A stretch of 64,000 nt of DNA from Candidatus Kaiserbacteria bacterium (lineage in GTDB: Bacteria; Patescibacteriota; Minisyncoccia; Phycocordibacterales; UBA918): the NCBI GenBank assembly GCA_016699245.1, contig CP064968.1, forward strand, positions 219,386-283,385, written 5' to 3'. Within the stretch, counting starts at the first letter, position 1. The number at the start of each line of letters is the position of its first letter. A program made the position numbers and the translations under genes. The notes beneath the pieces were generated by a model. The model was not told the origin of the DNA and did no database searches. It saw only the letters and a list, made by a program, of their open reading frames with translations. Below are positions 19,863 to 29,489 of the stretch, piece by piece.

Positions 19863-20807
19863 TTAGTCAACGATACCTACCTTGGAACGGACTATACGCA
19901 TCTTTGACTCAGCATGGTCACGAGCACGCTTTGCTCCGTCCAGTAGCACTTGGCGCACCACTTCATCAGTAATAGCTTCTCGTTTTTCACGCATAGGTGC
20001 AACCAGTGTTTCAATGTCTTCAATAAGTGCTTCTTTGAGGTTTTTATACTTCCCTGCATGCTCGGTGTACAGTGCCTCAAGTTCTTCAGCTGTTCTAAAA
20101 AGTGAGTGAATGGCGTACACATGCTGTGGGCGTTCACCCGATGAATCAGTCACAATGCTCATGACTGCCTTTGCAATTTCGTCCCTTGTCCCAAAGAGTG
20201 GAATGGTGTTTTTGTAACTCTTACTCATCTTTTGACCATCAGTGCCAGGCACAACGCCGACACTTTCCAATATCATCTCCGCTGGTGCAATGAAGGTCTC
20301 TCCATATGCATTATTAAACTTCGTCACTGCTTCGCGTGCATACTCAATGTGCTGACGCTGGTCCTCCCCTACCGGCACGATATCAGCATCGTAGAGAAGA
20401 ATATCTGCCGCCATGAGCATAGGGTAGTTGAAGAGCCCCGCACTCGCCTCCATGCCTTTTGCAACTTTGTCTTTATAAGCATGCGCCTGCATGAGAAAAG
20501 GTACCGTTACGAGACATTCAAACATCCATGCAAGTTCGGTGTGTTCAGGTATATCGGATTGCTTAAAAATAACAACATCATCAGGACTCACTCCTGCCGC
20601 AAGGTAGTCACGTACGATATCAAGCGTGTTTTGACGCAGCAGTTGTGCGTCACGTACACTTGTGAGCGCATGAAGGTCGGCAATCATGAGATAACTCTCG
20701 TACTCACCACACACATCCTTAAAAGGCTTAAGTGCACCAAAATAATTACCAATATGGAGTGTCCCTGAAGGCTGTAGCCCCGTGAAGAGTCGTTTTTTGT
20801 TGCTCAT
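19863..20807 (-). CDS. trpS: Tryptophanyl-tRNA synthetase
   Basis: QPSGTLHIGNY (HIGH), KMSKS present. Confidence 0.9.
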   Translation of the reverse strand: MSNKKRLFTGLQPSGTLHIGNYFGALKPFKDVCGEYESYLMIADLHALTSVRDAQLLRQNTLDIVRDYLAAGVSPDDVVIFKQSDIPEHTELAWMFECLVTVPFLMQAHAYKDKVAKGMEASAGLFNYPMLMAADILLYDADIVPVGEDQRQHIEYAREAVTKFNNAYGETFIAPAEMILESVGVVPGTDGQKMSKSYKNTIPLFGTRDEIAKAVMSIVTDSSGERPQHVYAIHSLFRTAEELEALYTEHAGKYKNLKEALIEDIETLVAPMREKREAITDEVVRQVLLDGAKRARDHAESKMRIVRSKVGIVD

Positions 20808-20891
20808 ATCTCAAAATAGTACCAAATTATGAGTAACTATGAAAGGTAATAATAGAAAAAAGAGGCAAACGCATGAGCGCCTGCCTCCCTT

Positions 20892-21656
20892 CTACTCAGT
20901 GCTTATTTTCATTCCGATGAGTACTCTCATCCGCCCATCATCCGGTAGATGTACCACCGGTACCGTCACAAAGAATTTGATTTTCGATGACACCTTCCAT
21001 GTCACAAGTGGTCCAGTTCCAAAATCTTTTTCAGCGTAGACACCAAACTGAAAATCACCAAACTTTTTTTCAATTGATGCCTTATAAATATAAGGCTCAC
21101 TTCTATCCTTCAAATAGCGTTCGAAGAGGATTGAAGCTTCGTACTCATCTGACCCATAATACATCCAGGGTGCAATGACTGTTTTTCGACTTCCATCGCT
21201 CCATGCACTACCAAAACCAAGTCCAAACTGCCAGTTGCCAAATTTCTTGGCAAGACCAGCGTATACTTCCTGGAATTCACGGTCGTAGTATCCAACTGCA
21301 AAAACCGAGAGATCTTCCCCCAAAGGGATGGGAGTTTCGATGTACAATGAACTAGATGTAGAGCTGTCACGCTTTGCCTTACCAATTCGATGTACAACGC
21401 TTAACTCAGCGTACACAGCACTTTTTTCCATCGTGTCTGGCATTACTTGACCATGGTCGCTTGCATACGCAACCCGTGTTGTATTCCAGTTTTCTGGAAG
21501 TAATTCTTCTTCAGCTTCAGAAATTTCTGTTGATGTAAGTGTTGGGGGGAGCGAAAGGTTGGTGTTCCAAGGTGATTCATATGCATGTGCACTACTTCCG
21601 AAAGCAGTGGCAAACGCAAGAAAAGCAAGCATGCAAAGTGCAAAAATCCTTTTCAT
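20892..21656 (-). CDS. Hypothetical secreted protein (signal peptide; KFGxxQFG repeats; beta-rich)
   Basis: N-terminal signal peptide ...AHA; no family recognised. Confidence 0.45.
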   Translation of the reverse strand: MKRIFALCMLAFLAFATAFGSSAHAYESPWNTNLSLPPTLTSTEISEAEEELLPENWNTTRVAYASDHGQVMPDTMEKSAVYAELSVVHRIGKAKRDSSTSSSLYIETPIPLGEDLSVFAVGYYDREFQEVYAGLAKKFGNWQFGLGFGSAWSDGSRKTVIAPWMYYGSDEYEASILFERYLKDRSEPYIYKASIEKKFGDFQFGVYAEKDFGTGPLVTWKVSSKIKFFVTVPVVHLPDDGRMRVLIGMKISTE

Positions 21657-21760
21657 TTTGTAGCCTTTCTCCTGATACTACAGGGAATAATCTAAAAATT
21701 GAGGAAAACTAAACTTTCTGCATTATACTACATTTTACCTTTAATTCAAGTCCCCTATTA

Positions 21761-23428
21761 TTATTTCCCTGCAATAAGCGGAAACTCAATGTGGAAGGTG
21801 CTCCCTTTCCCGTCACCTTCGCTTTCTGCCCACACCTTACCCTTCATCTCAGTAACCATTTTCTTTGCTACATAGAGGCCAAGGCCAGTGCCAGTTACAT
21901 TAACGCTATTTGCATTTTTTGCCCGTATAAATTTATCAAACACTTCTGCTTGTGTTTCTTTGTTCATACCGATGCCCGTATCTTGAACAGTAATTGTAAT
22001 TTTTTTCTTTTTGAGATCATCATGTACAAGTATCTTGATGGTACCTGAAGGTGTGTACTTCATGGAGTTGTCGAGAATATTTTGAATGACTTGACGAGTT
22101 TTCCCGACATCAGCATAAATCATCCCTGAACTACTACAGTCTGTGCGGAATATAAGTATAAGACCTTTTTTGAGTGCGACAGAACGCATCTCGTCCACAA
22201 TTTTCTCTGCAGTATCTTTGAAACTGAAATCACTCATCTCATACTTCATATTCCCCGCTTCGATGCGTGAGACATTGAGGTAGTCCTCCACTGAGCGCAC
22301 CATAAACATGCTTGAATCAGCAATATTCTGCACCGCTTCCTCTGCCTTTGCAGGAAGTTTGCCATAAGAACCCTCAGCAAGCATCGATGCATAGCCACGA
22401 ATAGAAGTGAGTGGGCTTCTGAGTTGATGCGATGCAATAGAGACAAACTCCGACTTCATCTTGTCAAGGATTTTGAGTCGGTCATTTGCCTTCCCGAGTT
22501 GCTCGGTAAGGACTTCAAGTTGCTCCCGCTGCTTCGCCTCTCTCTGTATGCTTTGAATAAGGAAGTATCCCGCAATAGTGATAAAAATGAGGGTGATGAT
22601 TGCAACAATCTGTGTGAATACTGATTCCGAAACAAAAATGAGTGACCCTATAAGGAACCAAAGTACAAATACAAGTGCTTTGGCTCCGAGAAGCCTAATT
22701 TCAAATGCTTGGAATTTGACAATCATGTATGTAAGAATGCACATGAAAAAACTCATTCCGAAAAGACCGTAAAACTCAAGCACAAAGAAATTATCTGTTA
22801 AAAGACTTGGAATATATCCAGTCAAAAAGAAAGAGAAAAGAAAAAATTCAATACCAATTCCAAAAATCAATATCTCACGCTTTAGCAAACCTGACGCTGC
22901 TTTGTATCTCAACACCAAAACAATCAGTGCCCAAATGGAAATAAAAAATCCATATATATAATAATAATTGGTGTAGAGTAAGCCTTCATCAGCTACACCA
23001 CATAATGGAATATTAAAAACTGTTAAGTGGGCATTAGTCGGTGCAAATAGGACTATCGGTATAAATAACAGTCCTAAAATCAAATTTACTGAAGTTGATG
23101 GACTACTTTTATCAATAAAAGCGTAGATAAAATAAAGAGACAAGACACAGATGAGCGCATATAGAATTCCAAAAAATGACCAGAAAAAAATAATTATGTC
23201 ACTAGCGTTGTTTGTCCATGTTATTAAATTTATAAACGTCCAGGTTGAAAAGCAGATTGAAAGCAACAAAAGTACACGAGAAGCATAAAGGTTACTATTC
23301 TTTAAATAGACAAATACTCCTAAAAAAAGTGAAATAGCAATGGCAGTTGAGTGAGAATAGTATAATAGACTAGGCACTCCTTCTGTTAAAATCAAAAAAG
23401 TTGGTTGAAGATAATCAGGACAAATCAT
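21761..23428 (-). CDS. Sensor histidine kinase with large polytopic N-terminal domain (orphan; no response regulator adjacent)
   Basis: HisKA H-box SIASHQLRSPL, HATPase G-boxes DTGIGM / GTGLGL; ~8-10 TM helices N-terminally. Confidence 0.8.
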   Translation of the reverse strand: MICPDYLQPTFLILTEGVPSLLYYSHSTAIAISLFLGVFVYLKNSNLYASRVLLLLSICFSTWTFINLITWTNNASDIIIFFWSFFGILYALICVLSLYFIYAFIDKSSPSTSVNLILGLLFIPIVLFAPTNAHLTVFNIPLCGVADEGLLYTNYYYIYGFFISIWALIVLVLRYKAASGLLKREILIFGIGIEFFLFSFFLTGYIPSLLTDNFFVLEFYGLFGMSFFMCILTYMIVKFQAFEIRLLGAKALVFVLWFLIGSLIFVSESVFTQIVAIITLIFITIAGYFLIQSIQREAKQREQLEVLTEQLGKANDRLKILDKMKSEFVSIASHQLRSPLTSIRGYASMLAEGSYGKLPAKAEEAVQNIADSSMFMVRSVEDYLNVSRIEAGNMKYEMSDFSFKDTAEKIVDEMRSVALKKGLILIFRTDCSSSGMIYADVGKTRQVIQNILDNSMKYTPSGTIKILVHDDLKKKKITITVQDTGIGMNKETQAEVFDKFIRAKNANSVNVTGTGLGLYVAKKMVTEMKGKVWAESEGDGKGSTFHIEFPLIAGK

Positions 23429-23472
23429 TTATTTTAAAATTAAGGTTCAATCATATTCTAACATAATAGTCT

Positions 23473-24027
23473 TCATATATTCCATTCAATATACTCATAT
23501 GGTTCTCCTGAAGCATGCACCCAAGAGCTTATAGGTCGAACAAGAGTGATTTTTTCTTTGAAAAGAGACTTGATTGTCTCGTGTAATCGATTGTTTGTAC
23601 GTGCGTGAATTGAAAACTGAGTAACTCCTCTTTTTTTTGCTTCATCACAAACAGCGACAATAAGTGTATTGCCACCGCCTTTACCCTGTTCGTCTGGAAC
23701 TATTTGGATTGTCTCAATATAATAACGGTCACCGATACTTCTAGTGAGAAGAGGATCGTCGTCAATGAGTTCTTCAAATGCTAAATGGTGTGGACGTGCA
23801 AGTATATAACCTATTACGTCATTTTCATTTTGTAAAAAAAGATTTATGCTTTGAGGATCACTGAGAGCATCTGCAAAATATTCTTCACCATCAACGTATT
23901 GCCACTCTGCGGGAAAGCATAATTTTTCAAGTCTCAAAATGTTTGCAAGTGAAGTTTCGTTATCCGGCACGGCTTCTATAGAGAGTGGTGGCTCAGTAAT
24001 ATTTTTATTAAAAATTTCTTCATTCAT
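23473..24027 (-). CDS. GNAT family N-acetyltransferase
   Basis: QIVPDEQGKGGGNTL acetyl-CoA-binding motif A. Confidence 0.55.
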   Translation of the reverse strand: MNEEIFNKNITEPPLSIEAVPDNETSLANILRLEKLCFPAEWQYVDGEEYFADALSDPQSINLFLQNENDVIGYILARPHHLAFEELIDDDPLLTRSIGDRYYIETIQIVPDEQGKGGGNTLIVAVCDEAKKRGVTQFSIHARTNNRLHETIKSLFKEKITLVRPISSWVHASGEPYEYIEWNI

Positions 24028-24073
24028 ATTTAAATAATATCATACGATACTATAAAAAAAGGGTAGCATGTTG

Positions 24074-24607
24074 CTACCCTCCAGAAATTACGTCATAGCC
24101 AGTTCTCCACAAAAACATCCAGATTACTGTTTGAATTGCTGTTAAGACTAGGAGTGCCACCCACCTTTTCCAACCAGGTAATTCTTTTTGAAAGAAAATG
24201 ACAATTTGTTCTGGCCCAGACCAAAATATTGCTTGAATACTTACTATTAAAATTGCAAAATATCCGGCAGTTTTTGATTCAGTATGAATCTTGTCGACAG
24301 CACGACGAAGATCAACTCCAAGGCTAAGATCAACACCTGTTTTTTCGTATGTCATCACAAACACAATACATATGGTCATATTGAGAAGTAGCATCGCCAT
24401 AAAAGCAAGCACAATATCTACTTCATATGCCTTAAGAAAAAGATTTGCAGCAGCAGTTATTCCTGCAAGCCAGTAGTCAAGAATAACGTACATAAACCTT
24501 TTAAACCCCACAAAGACGATTTTTCTACACACTTTCTTGTAGTCGTCTCCATTCTCTATACCAAAGAACGCCCTAATAGAATTCAGGGCAATTGAGAATG
24601 CACGCAT
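24074..24607 (-). CDS. Hypothetical integral membrane protein
   Basis: 4-5 hydrophobic helices; no motif. Confidence 0.4.
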   Translation of the reverse strand: MRAFSIALNSIRAFFGIENGDDYKKVCRKIVFVGFKRFMYVILDYWLAGITAAANLFLKAYEVDIVLAFMAMLLLNMTICIVFVMTYEKTGVDLSLGVDLRRAVDKIHTESKTAGYFAILIVSIQAIFWSGPEQIVIFFQKELPGWKRWVALLVLTAIQTVIWMFLWRTGYDVISGG

Positions 24608-25014
24608 TTCCTACCCCCTTCATTCAGAATTTTAACTATACATATTTAAACATATATAACATCATAAGTCAATTATTCATCCCTAAATTTGCGCATCGGC
24701 AAATTGCTGTAGCGGGTAAGTAGTTTGTTTGTAAAAGTAAGAAAATTCTAGTTTTCTATATATCCATTTAGTATTCACTTATAAACCCATACATGAATTT
24801 TCAAGCCCTGTTAAAAATCATGCCAACGACTATACCGAGAATAAGTATGAGTCCAGGAATGACAAAAAGACCCACTACCATCTCCTTTTTACCCGAACCA
24901 TACACTCGACAAGTTTCTCGATTGCTGGCATTAGTTTTGACATATAAAATTCACTATAACAGGAAAACAAGGGAATAAATCTGGATTTGTCAGATTACAG
25001 AAATGTGTTTGGAA

Positions 25015-25539
25015 TTAAATTTCTATGTTGACTTGATTATCAGCTGGTATTTCATCAGTAGTACTTTCTTCAATTATTATAGTTTTCTCTGAGGGTATTT
25101 CAGCATCAAACATTACATTTTCCTCAGACTCCTCAATTATAAGTTCATTAGCAAAATTTTCAGGTAAAGTACACGCTTGGTCTATGTTGTGCTCCTCGAG
25201 AGTTGCAGGCGTACAGAGTACTTCATTACATTCGGCCTCGCCGCCTTCTGGGCAGGTGAATTGATCACATGCTTCTTCTCCTGCATCACACGCAGGAATA
25301 TTTTTCGCATTGCGGTAGGCTATTTTGTAATACCAAATATCTTCATCGGGATTGCCGGTACACTCCTCCACATCCGAGTCACACTCCCATACGAAACAAC
25401 TTTCATACGTTGGGTCACAGTCAACTTCGTTTTGTATGATGTAGTCGTGGAGCACCATGAAGCGATAGTATGATGCAGAAACAGAGAGCATTATTAACGC
25501 ACAAAATATTCCATAGAAAACTTTTGTTTTTATTCTCAT
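25015..25539 (-). CDS. Hypothetical Cys-rich secreted protein with acidic C-terminal tail
   Basis: Signal peptide, ~12 Cys in CxxxC / CD..EC patterns, E/D/I-rich C-terminus. Confidence 0.4.
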   Translation of the reverse strand: MRIKTKVFYGIFCALIMLSVSASYYRFMVLHDYIIQNEVDCDPTYESCFVWECDSDVEECTGNPDEDIWYYKIAYRNAKNIPACDAGEEACDQFTCPEGGEAECNEVLCTPATLEEHNIDQACTLPENFANELIIEESEENVMFDAEIPSEKTIIIEESTTDEIPADNQVNIEI

Positions 25540-25660
25540 TATGAAAATTATATCACTTGTTACGAACTATTCGTTGTCTCTATTCACAATATTTAGTCAA
25601 GTGTAATAAATAGTGTTTTCATGAAGAAGCATTCAAACAATCTTTTAATAGAGTTAATTA

Positions 25661-26959
25661 TCAAAGCCAGCCCCATTGTTTGAGAAGTTTGTGATTTTTC
25701 TCAAGGAATGAGAGCCCAATATCTTTACGGTAAAACTTCTGTGGGAGTACTACTTTTTCAATGAGTGTGTATGCACTATGGCGTGCCTCCTCTACGGTAC
25801 TTCCCGTTCCACTTACATGCATTACAAATCCATTTTCACTTGAAATGCGCATTGTTCCTTCGGTATCCATATACACATCTTCCAAGTGGATGCGCGATTG
25901 TTCCTCAGGTGTGAGGGGTGCACTATACGTGATTGGTGTGTCTATACATGAACCATTTTCAAGCGGTGTGCTGTATGGGAAGGGTGGTACTGCAACAAGT
26001 ACGGTAACTCCATATCCTTCAGAATACTCAAAATCGCATTGTTTCCCACGCGCCACATCATACAGAAAATCAGTAAAAGATGATGTAACAAGTACACGCT
26101 GAAGTTGCAGTGCAGGAAAACCAAAACGAGCAGTCCATTCAAGCGGAAAGACACCATGCTCGTTAATGATGCAGTTGATGTCTACGTCACCATGAAACTT
26201 GGCCAGTGCAAGAAATGGCTTGAGACGAGCGAGTGTGTCATTGAAAAGTTTATTGGATTCATCACGGTCAAACCACATGAGCGTACCCATCTCCCACGTT
26301 GTTGGGCCAGTGTCACCATCTTCAAGGCGTTTGTGCTCAATATTGTATTCAATCGGCCCCACCCAGTCGGTGCCATTGAAATACCGCGCAATACCAATTT
26401 CAACACCATGTACGCGTTCTTGTAGAATGATAGTGTTGCCGTTCACATCAGCCTCATTTAAAAGTGCGTCGATTACGTCCTGGCCATCATGTGCATTTCC
26501 GATATGTGTCGCGGTCATTTCGACATGGCCATTATGTTTTAGTACCCACTCTTTGGGATGATCTTCAATAAAACGAATAGCATTATTTTTGTTATTGAAA
26601 TGATGTGTTGGAAGAATTGTGAGTCCTGCGTCCCGAAGTACCTGTTGACCGTACTCACGGTCTTCTTCGCATCGTTCGGCCTCCTTACTCCCCCCAATGA
26701 CGGTATAGCCGTTCAGGCGAAGCTCATCCTGCTCATTACCAAAACCTGTGGTATCAAACACAATAAGTCCGTCCTTCCCTACCCACGCAAGTTCATCCTG
26801 CCAATTATCGATGAGTGTGAATCTTCCCTCGGCACTTTTTTTGTATTCCGGGTCATCGAGATATACTTTTAGCGTATGCCCTTCACGCATAAAAAAATCG
26901 CACATATCTACGATTGAAAAATCTCCAGATACTGCGAGTATGTTCATCTCTTTACTCAA
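25661..26959 (-). CDS. ATP-grasp ligase, PurD (phosphoribosylamine-glycine ligase)-like fold
   Basis: N-terminal pre-ATP-grasp domain followed by ATP-grasp-like blocks similar in order to PurD (YTVIGGSKEAERCEEDREYGQQVLRDAGLTILP...); overlaps the speH stop by 8 bp. Identity with PurD proper is not established. Confidence 0.5.
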   Translation of the reverse strand: MSKEMNILAVSGDFSIVDMCDFFMREGHTLKVYLDDPEYKKSAEGRFTLIDNWQDELAWVGKDGLIVFDTTGFGNEQDELRLNGYTVIGGSKEAERCEEDREYGQQVLRDAGLTILPTHHFNNKNNAIRFIEDHPKEWVLKHNGHVEMTATHIGNAHDGQDVIDALLNEADVNGNTIILQERVHGVEIGIARYFNGTDWVGPIEYNIEHKRLEDGDTGPTTWEMGTLMWFDRDESNKLFNDTLARLKPFLALAKFHGDVDINCIINEHGVFPLEWTARFGFPALQLQRVLVTSSFTDFLYDVARGKQCDFEYSEGYGVTVLVAVPPFPYSTPLENGSCIDTPITYSAPLTPEEQSRIHLEDVYMDTEGTMRISSENGFVMHVSGTGSTVEEARHSAYTLIEKVVLPQKFYRKDIGLSFLEKNHKLLKQWGWL

Positions 26960-27248
26960 CTTCCTTCACCCCATATTTTTTCATGTCTTCTACAAAAATC
27001 GCATGTTTTGCAGAATTGCATGACGAAAGTTCACAGTAGGTGGTTTTTTGCTCTGGAAACGTGTGGATAGCAAAATGGCTTTCGGCAATGAGCCATAAAG
27101 CTGTGTAGCCATAGGGATAAAAATGGTGCTCACTGAATCCAATCATCATAAACTCAGCCTTTTCTAATGCTGACTTACCGAATTCAAACACCTTTTTAGG
27201 GTCTGTCTCGTCAATGTAAAAACGAAAATTCCAAATTGTGGCTTTCAT
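26952..27248 (-). CDS. speH: S-adenosylmethionine decarboxylase proenzyme, small pyruvoyl-dependent class
   Basis: LIAESHFAIHTFPE self-processing ES site motif; ~100 aa. Confidence 0.7.
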   Translation of the reverse strand: MKATIWNFRFYIDETDPKKVFEFGKSALEKAEFMMIGFSEHHFYPYGYTALWLIAESHFAIHTFPEQKTTYCELSSCNSAKHAIFVEDMKKYGVKEVE

Positions 27249-27336
27249 GTTTTTAGATTATAACACAATAGTTGTTAAAATCAAATCACTTGTGGACAAT
27301 CTTTCCTCATACATATAGCTTATTGTGTATGCGATG

Positions 27337-28179
27337 TTATGGTATCACCTGTGAAAGCATGTGTACTCGCTGAGACTCCGAATACCAATTGGCTTGAATC
27401 AAGTTTGCATTTTTATGACCCGACGTAAGTGGTGCATTTTTCCCTGCTATCACAAGCGAGAAAGGGCCGCCATAGTACGTTGCAGCTCCACAGAATGTGA
27501 CATTGAGTACATTATCATTTCCAAATACTCGTATTGTATCCCGGGATACTGCTTGTAGTTCATTTGCTTGAAGGAGTCTTGATCCTCCAAGTCGCATGAG
27601 AATACCGTTTGTCGTAAGAAGTGAGTATATCTTGTCGGTGAATGCTCCCTGGAACAACGGTACTGCGTTACCAGTATTATCTGTAGTATCCATGAGGATT
27701 ATATCGAATGTGTTTTGTTCGGATAATGTATCAATGTGAGATGCATCTTCGTGAAGAATGGTAAGTCGCGAATCATTGAGTGCAGCATGAGATGCTGATG
27801 GAAAATGTAGTTTTGAAATTTCTGTAACGTGTGGGTCGATATCAACTATCGTGACTTTTTCAACAGTATGATGCTTGAGTACTTCGCGTGCGACTCCACA
27901 GTCTCCCCCGCCTATTATGAGCACATTTTGAGGGTTTTCATGAGAAAAAAGTGCGGTATGAGCCATACTCTCGTGATAAAAATATTCATCAAATTCCGCA
28001 AATTGCACGACATTGTCGAGCACAAGCACTTTTCCGAATCGAGGCGTATTAAGGACCATTAGTTTTTGAAAGCCAGTATTGTACTCAGGAACGAGCACGT
28101 CGCTAACTTCAAAACCAAAAGTATGGTCGGAATATAATTCTTCAAAAAACCATTGTTTCCCTCTGAATTCAGTAAGCAT
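27337..28179 (-). CDS. speE: Spermidine synthase (polyamine aminopropyltransferase)
   Basis: VLIIGGGDCGVAREVLKH, VDIDPHV motifs. Confidence 0.85.
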   Translation of the reverse strand: MLTEFRGKQWFFEELYSDHTFGFEVSDVLVPEYNTGFQKLMVLNTPRFGKVLVLDNVVQFAEFDEYFYHESMAHTALFSHENPQNVLIIGGGDCGVAREVLKHHTVEKVTIVDIDPHVTEISKLHFPSASHAALNDSRLTILHEDASHIDTLSEQNTFDIILMDTTDNTGNAVPLFQGAFTDKIYSLLTTNGILMRLGGSRLLQANELQAVSRDTIRVFGNDNVLNVTFCGAATYYGGPFSLVIAGKNAPLTSGHKNANLIQANWYSESQRVHMLSQVIP

Positions 28180-28228
28180 AAAATAAGTGTACGTTGTTTA
28201 TTTTAAATTACAATGATCGAATCAAACG

Positions 28229-28333
28229 TTACACAAAAAACAGAGCAACAAGCGGGAGGATGAGCCACCAGAAGAAGTTTTCTGTGGGGGCAAAGAGAGA
28301 CTGAATAGGAGTGCCTGGGGTAATGATTTCGGT
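28229..28333. repeat. Direct repeat copy 1 (105 bp, ~97% identical to 28881-28985): a displaced duplicate of the 3' end of the membrane-protein gene
   Basis: Read directly: ACACAAAAAACAGAGCAACAAG[C/T]GGGAGGATGAGCCACCAGAAGAAGTTTTCTGTGGGGGC[A/G]AAGAGAGACTGAATAGGAGTGCCTGGGGTAATGATTTCGGT. Confidence 0.8.
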
Positions 28334-28410
28334 CATGGCATTCACAAGCCTATATTACATTTTGACATACAGCCCTTCTCTGGTATTATATACATACATT
28401 TGGCATTAGC

Positions 28411-28430
28411 CACGTCCCCCGCCCGCAAGG
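28411..28430. terminator. GC hairpin CCCCGCCC-GCAA-GGGCGGGG immediately past the toxin-like gene stop
   Basis: Read directly; followed by ATTTAT on the plus strand. Confidence 0.45.
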
Positions 28431-28443
28431 GCGGGGATTTATG

Positions 28444-28842
28444 TTATATACCCAGTACTTTCCCTAGCTGGTCTTGAACTTTTTTAAAATCGATTGAATC
28501 AAGAGTCCCGATCCTTTTATCAAGTCTTCTATAATCGATATATCGAACTTGCGCAACATTTGCAGTGTTTTTTAACCCATCACTATGAGTTACATCAACA
28601 TACCATGATCCAGAATTTGATTTTGTAGAAAGTGGTACTCCTATAAATGATGTCTGTGAAAGTTTTTTTATAACCAAAACAGGACGTCTAAAAAATAGAT
28701 TTTTACCACACTCTTCAGAACCAACATTTACTCCAAACGTACACCACCATATTTCTCTGTCCTTAAAGAGCGGAGGTTTGTGCGAGTAGGTGTCAACATT
28801 CTTCTTGATAGTATTCCATTCATTAAATTGCTTTTTGTACAT
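28444..28842 (-). CDS. MazF/PemK-like (CcdB/MazF fold) toxin-like protein, orphan (no antitoxin ORF seen)
   Basis: EIWWCTFGVNVGSEECGKNLFFRRPVLVIKK...IGVPLSTKS matches the PemK/MazF pattern (W.v.F.p..GsE...RP.lVis...vvP.Ts). Confidence 0.5.
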   Translation of the reverse strand: MYKKQFNEWNTIKKNVDTYSHKPPLFKDREIWWCTFGVNVGSEECGKNLFFRRPVLVIKKLSQTSFIGVPLSTKSNSGSWYVDVTHSDGLKNTANVAQVRYIDYRRLDKRIGTLDSIDFKKVQDQLGKVLGI

Positions 28843-28880
28843 ATGAAAATATTATTTGCTTGAGTGAATATTTTTAATCA

Positions 28881-29360
28881 TTACACAAAAAACAGAGCAA
28901 CAAGTGGGAGGATGAGCCACCAGAAGAAGTTTTCTGTGGGGGCGAAGAGAGACTGAATAGGAGTGCCTGGGGTAATGATTTCGGTTACGGGGAGCGCGTG
29001 AAAACTAAATATCATGACAAGTATGGTACCCATGGCCGCGAGGAGTAGTTTTTTACCAAAGCGATGAAAGGCAGGCTCATAATCGTCGCCCGGAATATGG
29101 CGACGAAAAAGAAGTGTACCTACGACTACAAATGCAAGAAAGATGAGAATTTTTGCTATAGCGGCGCCGTCCCCCTCCCCCTGTGCTACTTGCTCATAGT
29201 ATGGAAATTTTATGGAGATAAGAAGTGCGAGGTAGAGAGCAAGAATTACATTAATGAGTGCATAACGCCCTCTTGCCATGGCATAAAAAAGAAGTACACC
29301 AAAAACCGAAATCATAAATACAGATTCCTTGAGTAGTGTGATGATGTCTTCAGGATTCAC
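28881..29360 (-). CDS. Hypothetical integral membrane protein
   Basis: 4 TM helices; its last ~35 codons form direct repeat copy 2 (28881-28985). Confidence 0.45.
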   Translation of the reverse strand: MNPEDIITLLKESVFMISVFGVLLFYAMARGRYALINVILALYLALLISIKFPYYEQVAQGEGDGAAIAKILIFLAFVVVGTLLFRRHIPGDDYEPAFHRFGKKLLLAAMGTILVMIFSFHALPVTEIITPGTPIQSLFAPTENFFWWLILPLVALFFV

Positions 29361-29446
29361 TTGTTATATTATACTCACTAATGAGTACTTTTGGGCTTGG
29401 GGTGTTTAGAACGTGTGGTATTTTTTCAAATGTATGTGTAAACAAA

Positions 29447-29483
29447 ACACCGCAAACCTTTTGGGTCTGCGGTGTTTTGTTAA
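29447..29483 (-). terminator. Intrinsic terminator downstream of dnaJ
   Basis: Hairpin AAAACACCGCAAACC/GGGTCTGCGGTGTTTT with a T-rich tail on the minus strand. Confidence 0.5.
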
Positions 29484-29489
29484 TGTGTT

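Noticed and set aside
20808-20891. Checked for T-box leaders upstream of trpS, gltX, alaS and leuS.
   Set aside because: Upstream intergenic spaces are 8-84 bp, too short for a T-box; only aspS has one.
24816-24893. Possible 23-25-aa hydrophobic peptide ORF on the minus strand (VGLFVIPGLILILGIVVGMIFNRA) in the 400-bp gap, with AAGGAG nearby.
   Set aside because: SD spacing to the ATG is 0 (only a GTG alternative fits). The ORF is too short to support without conservation or expression data.
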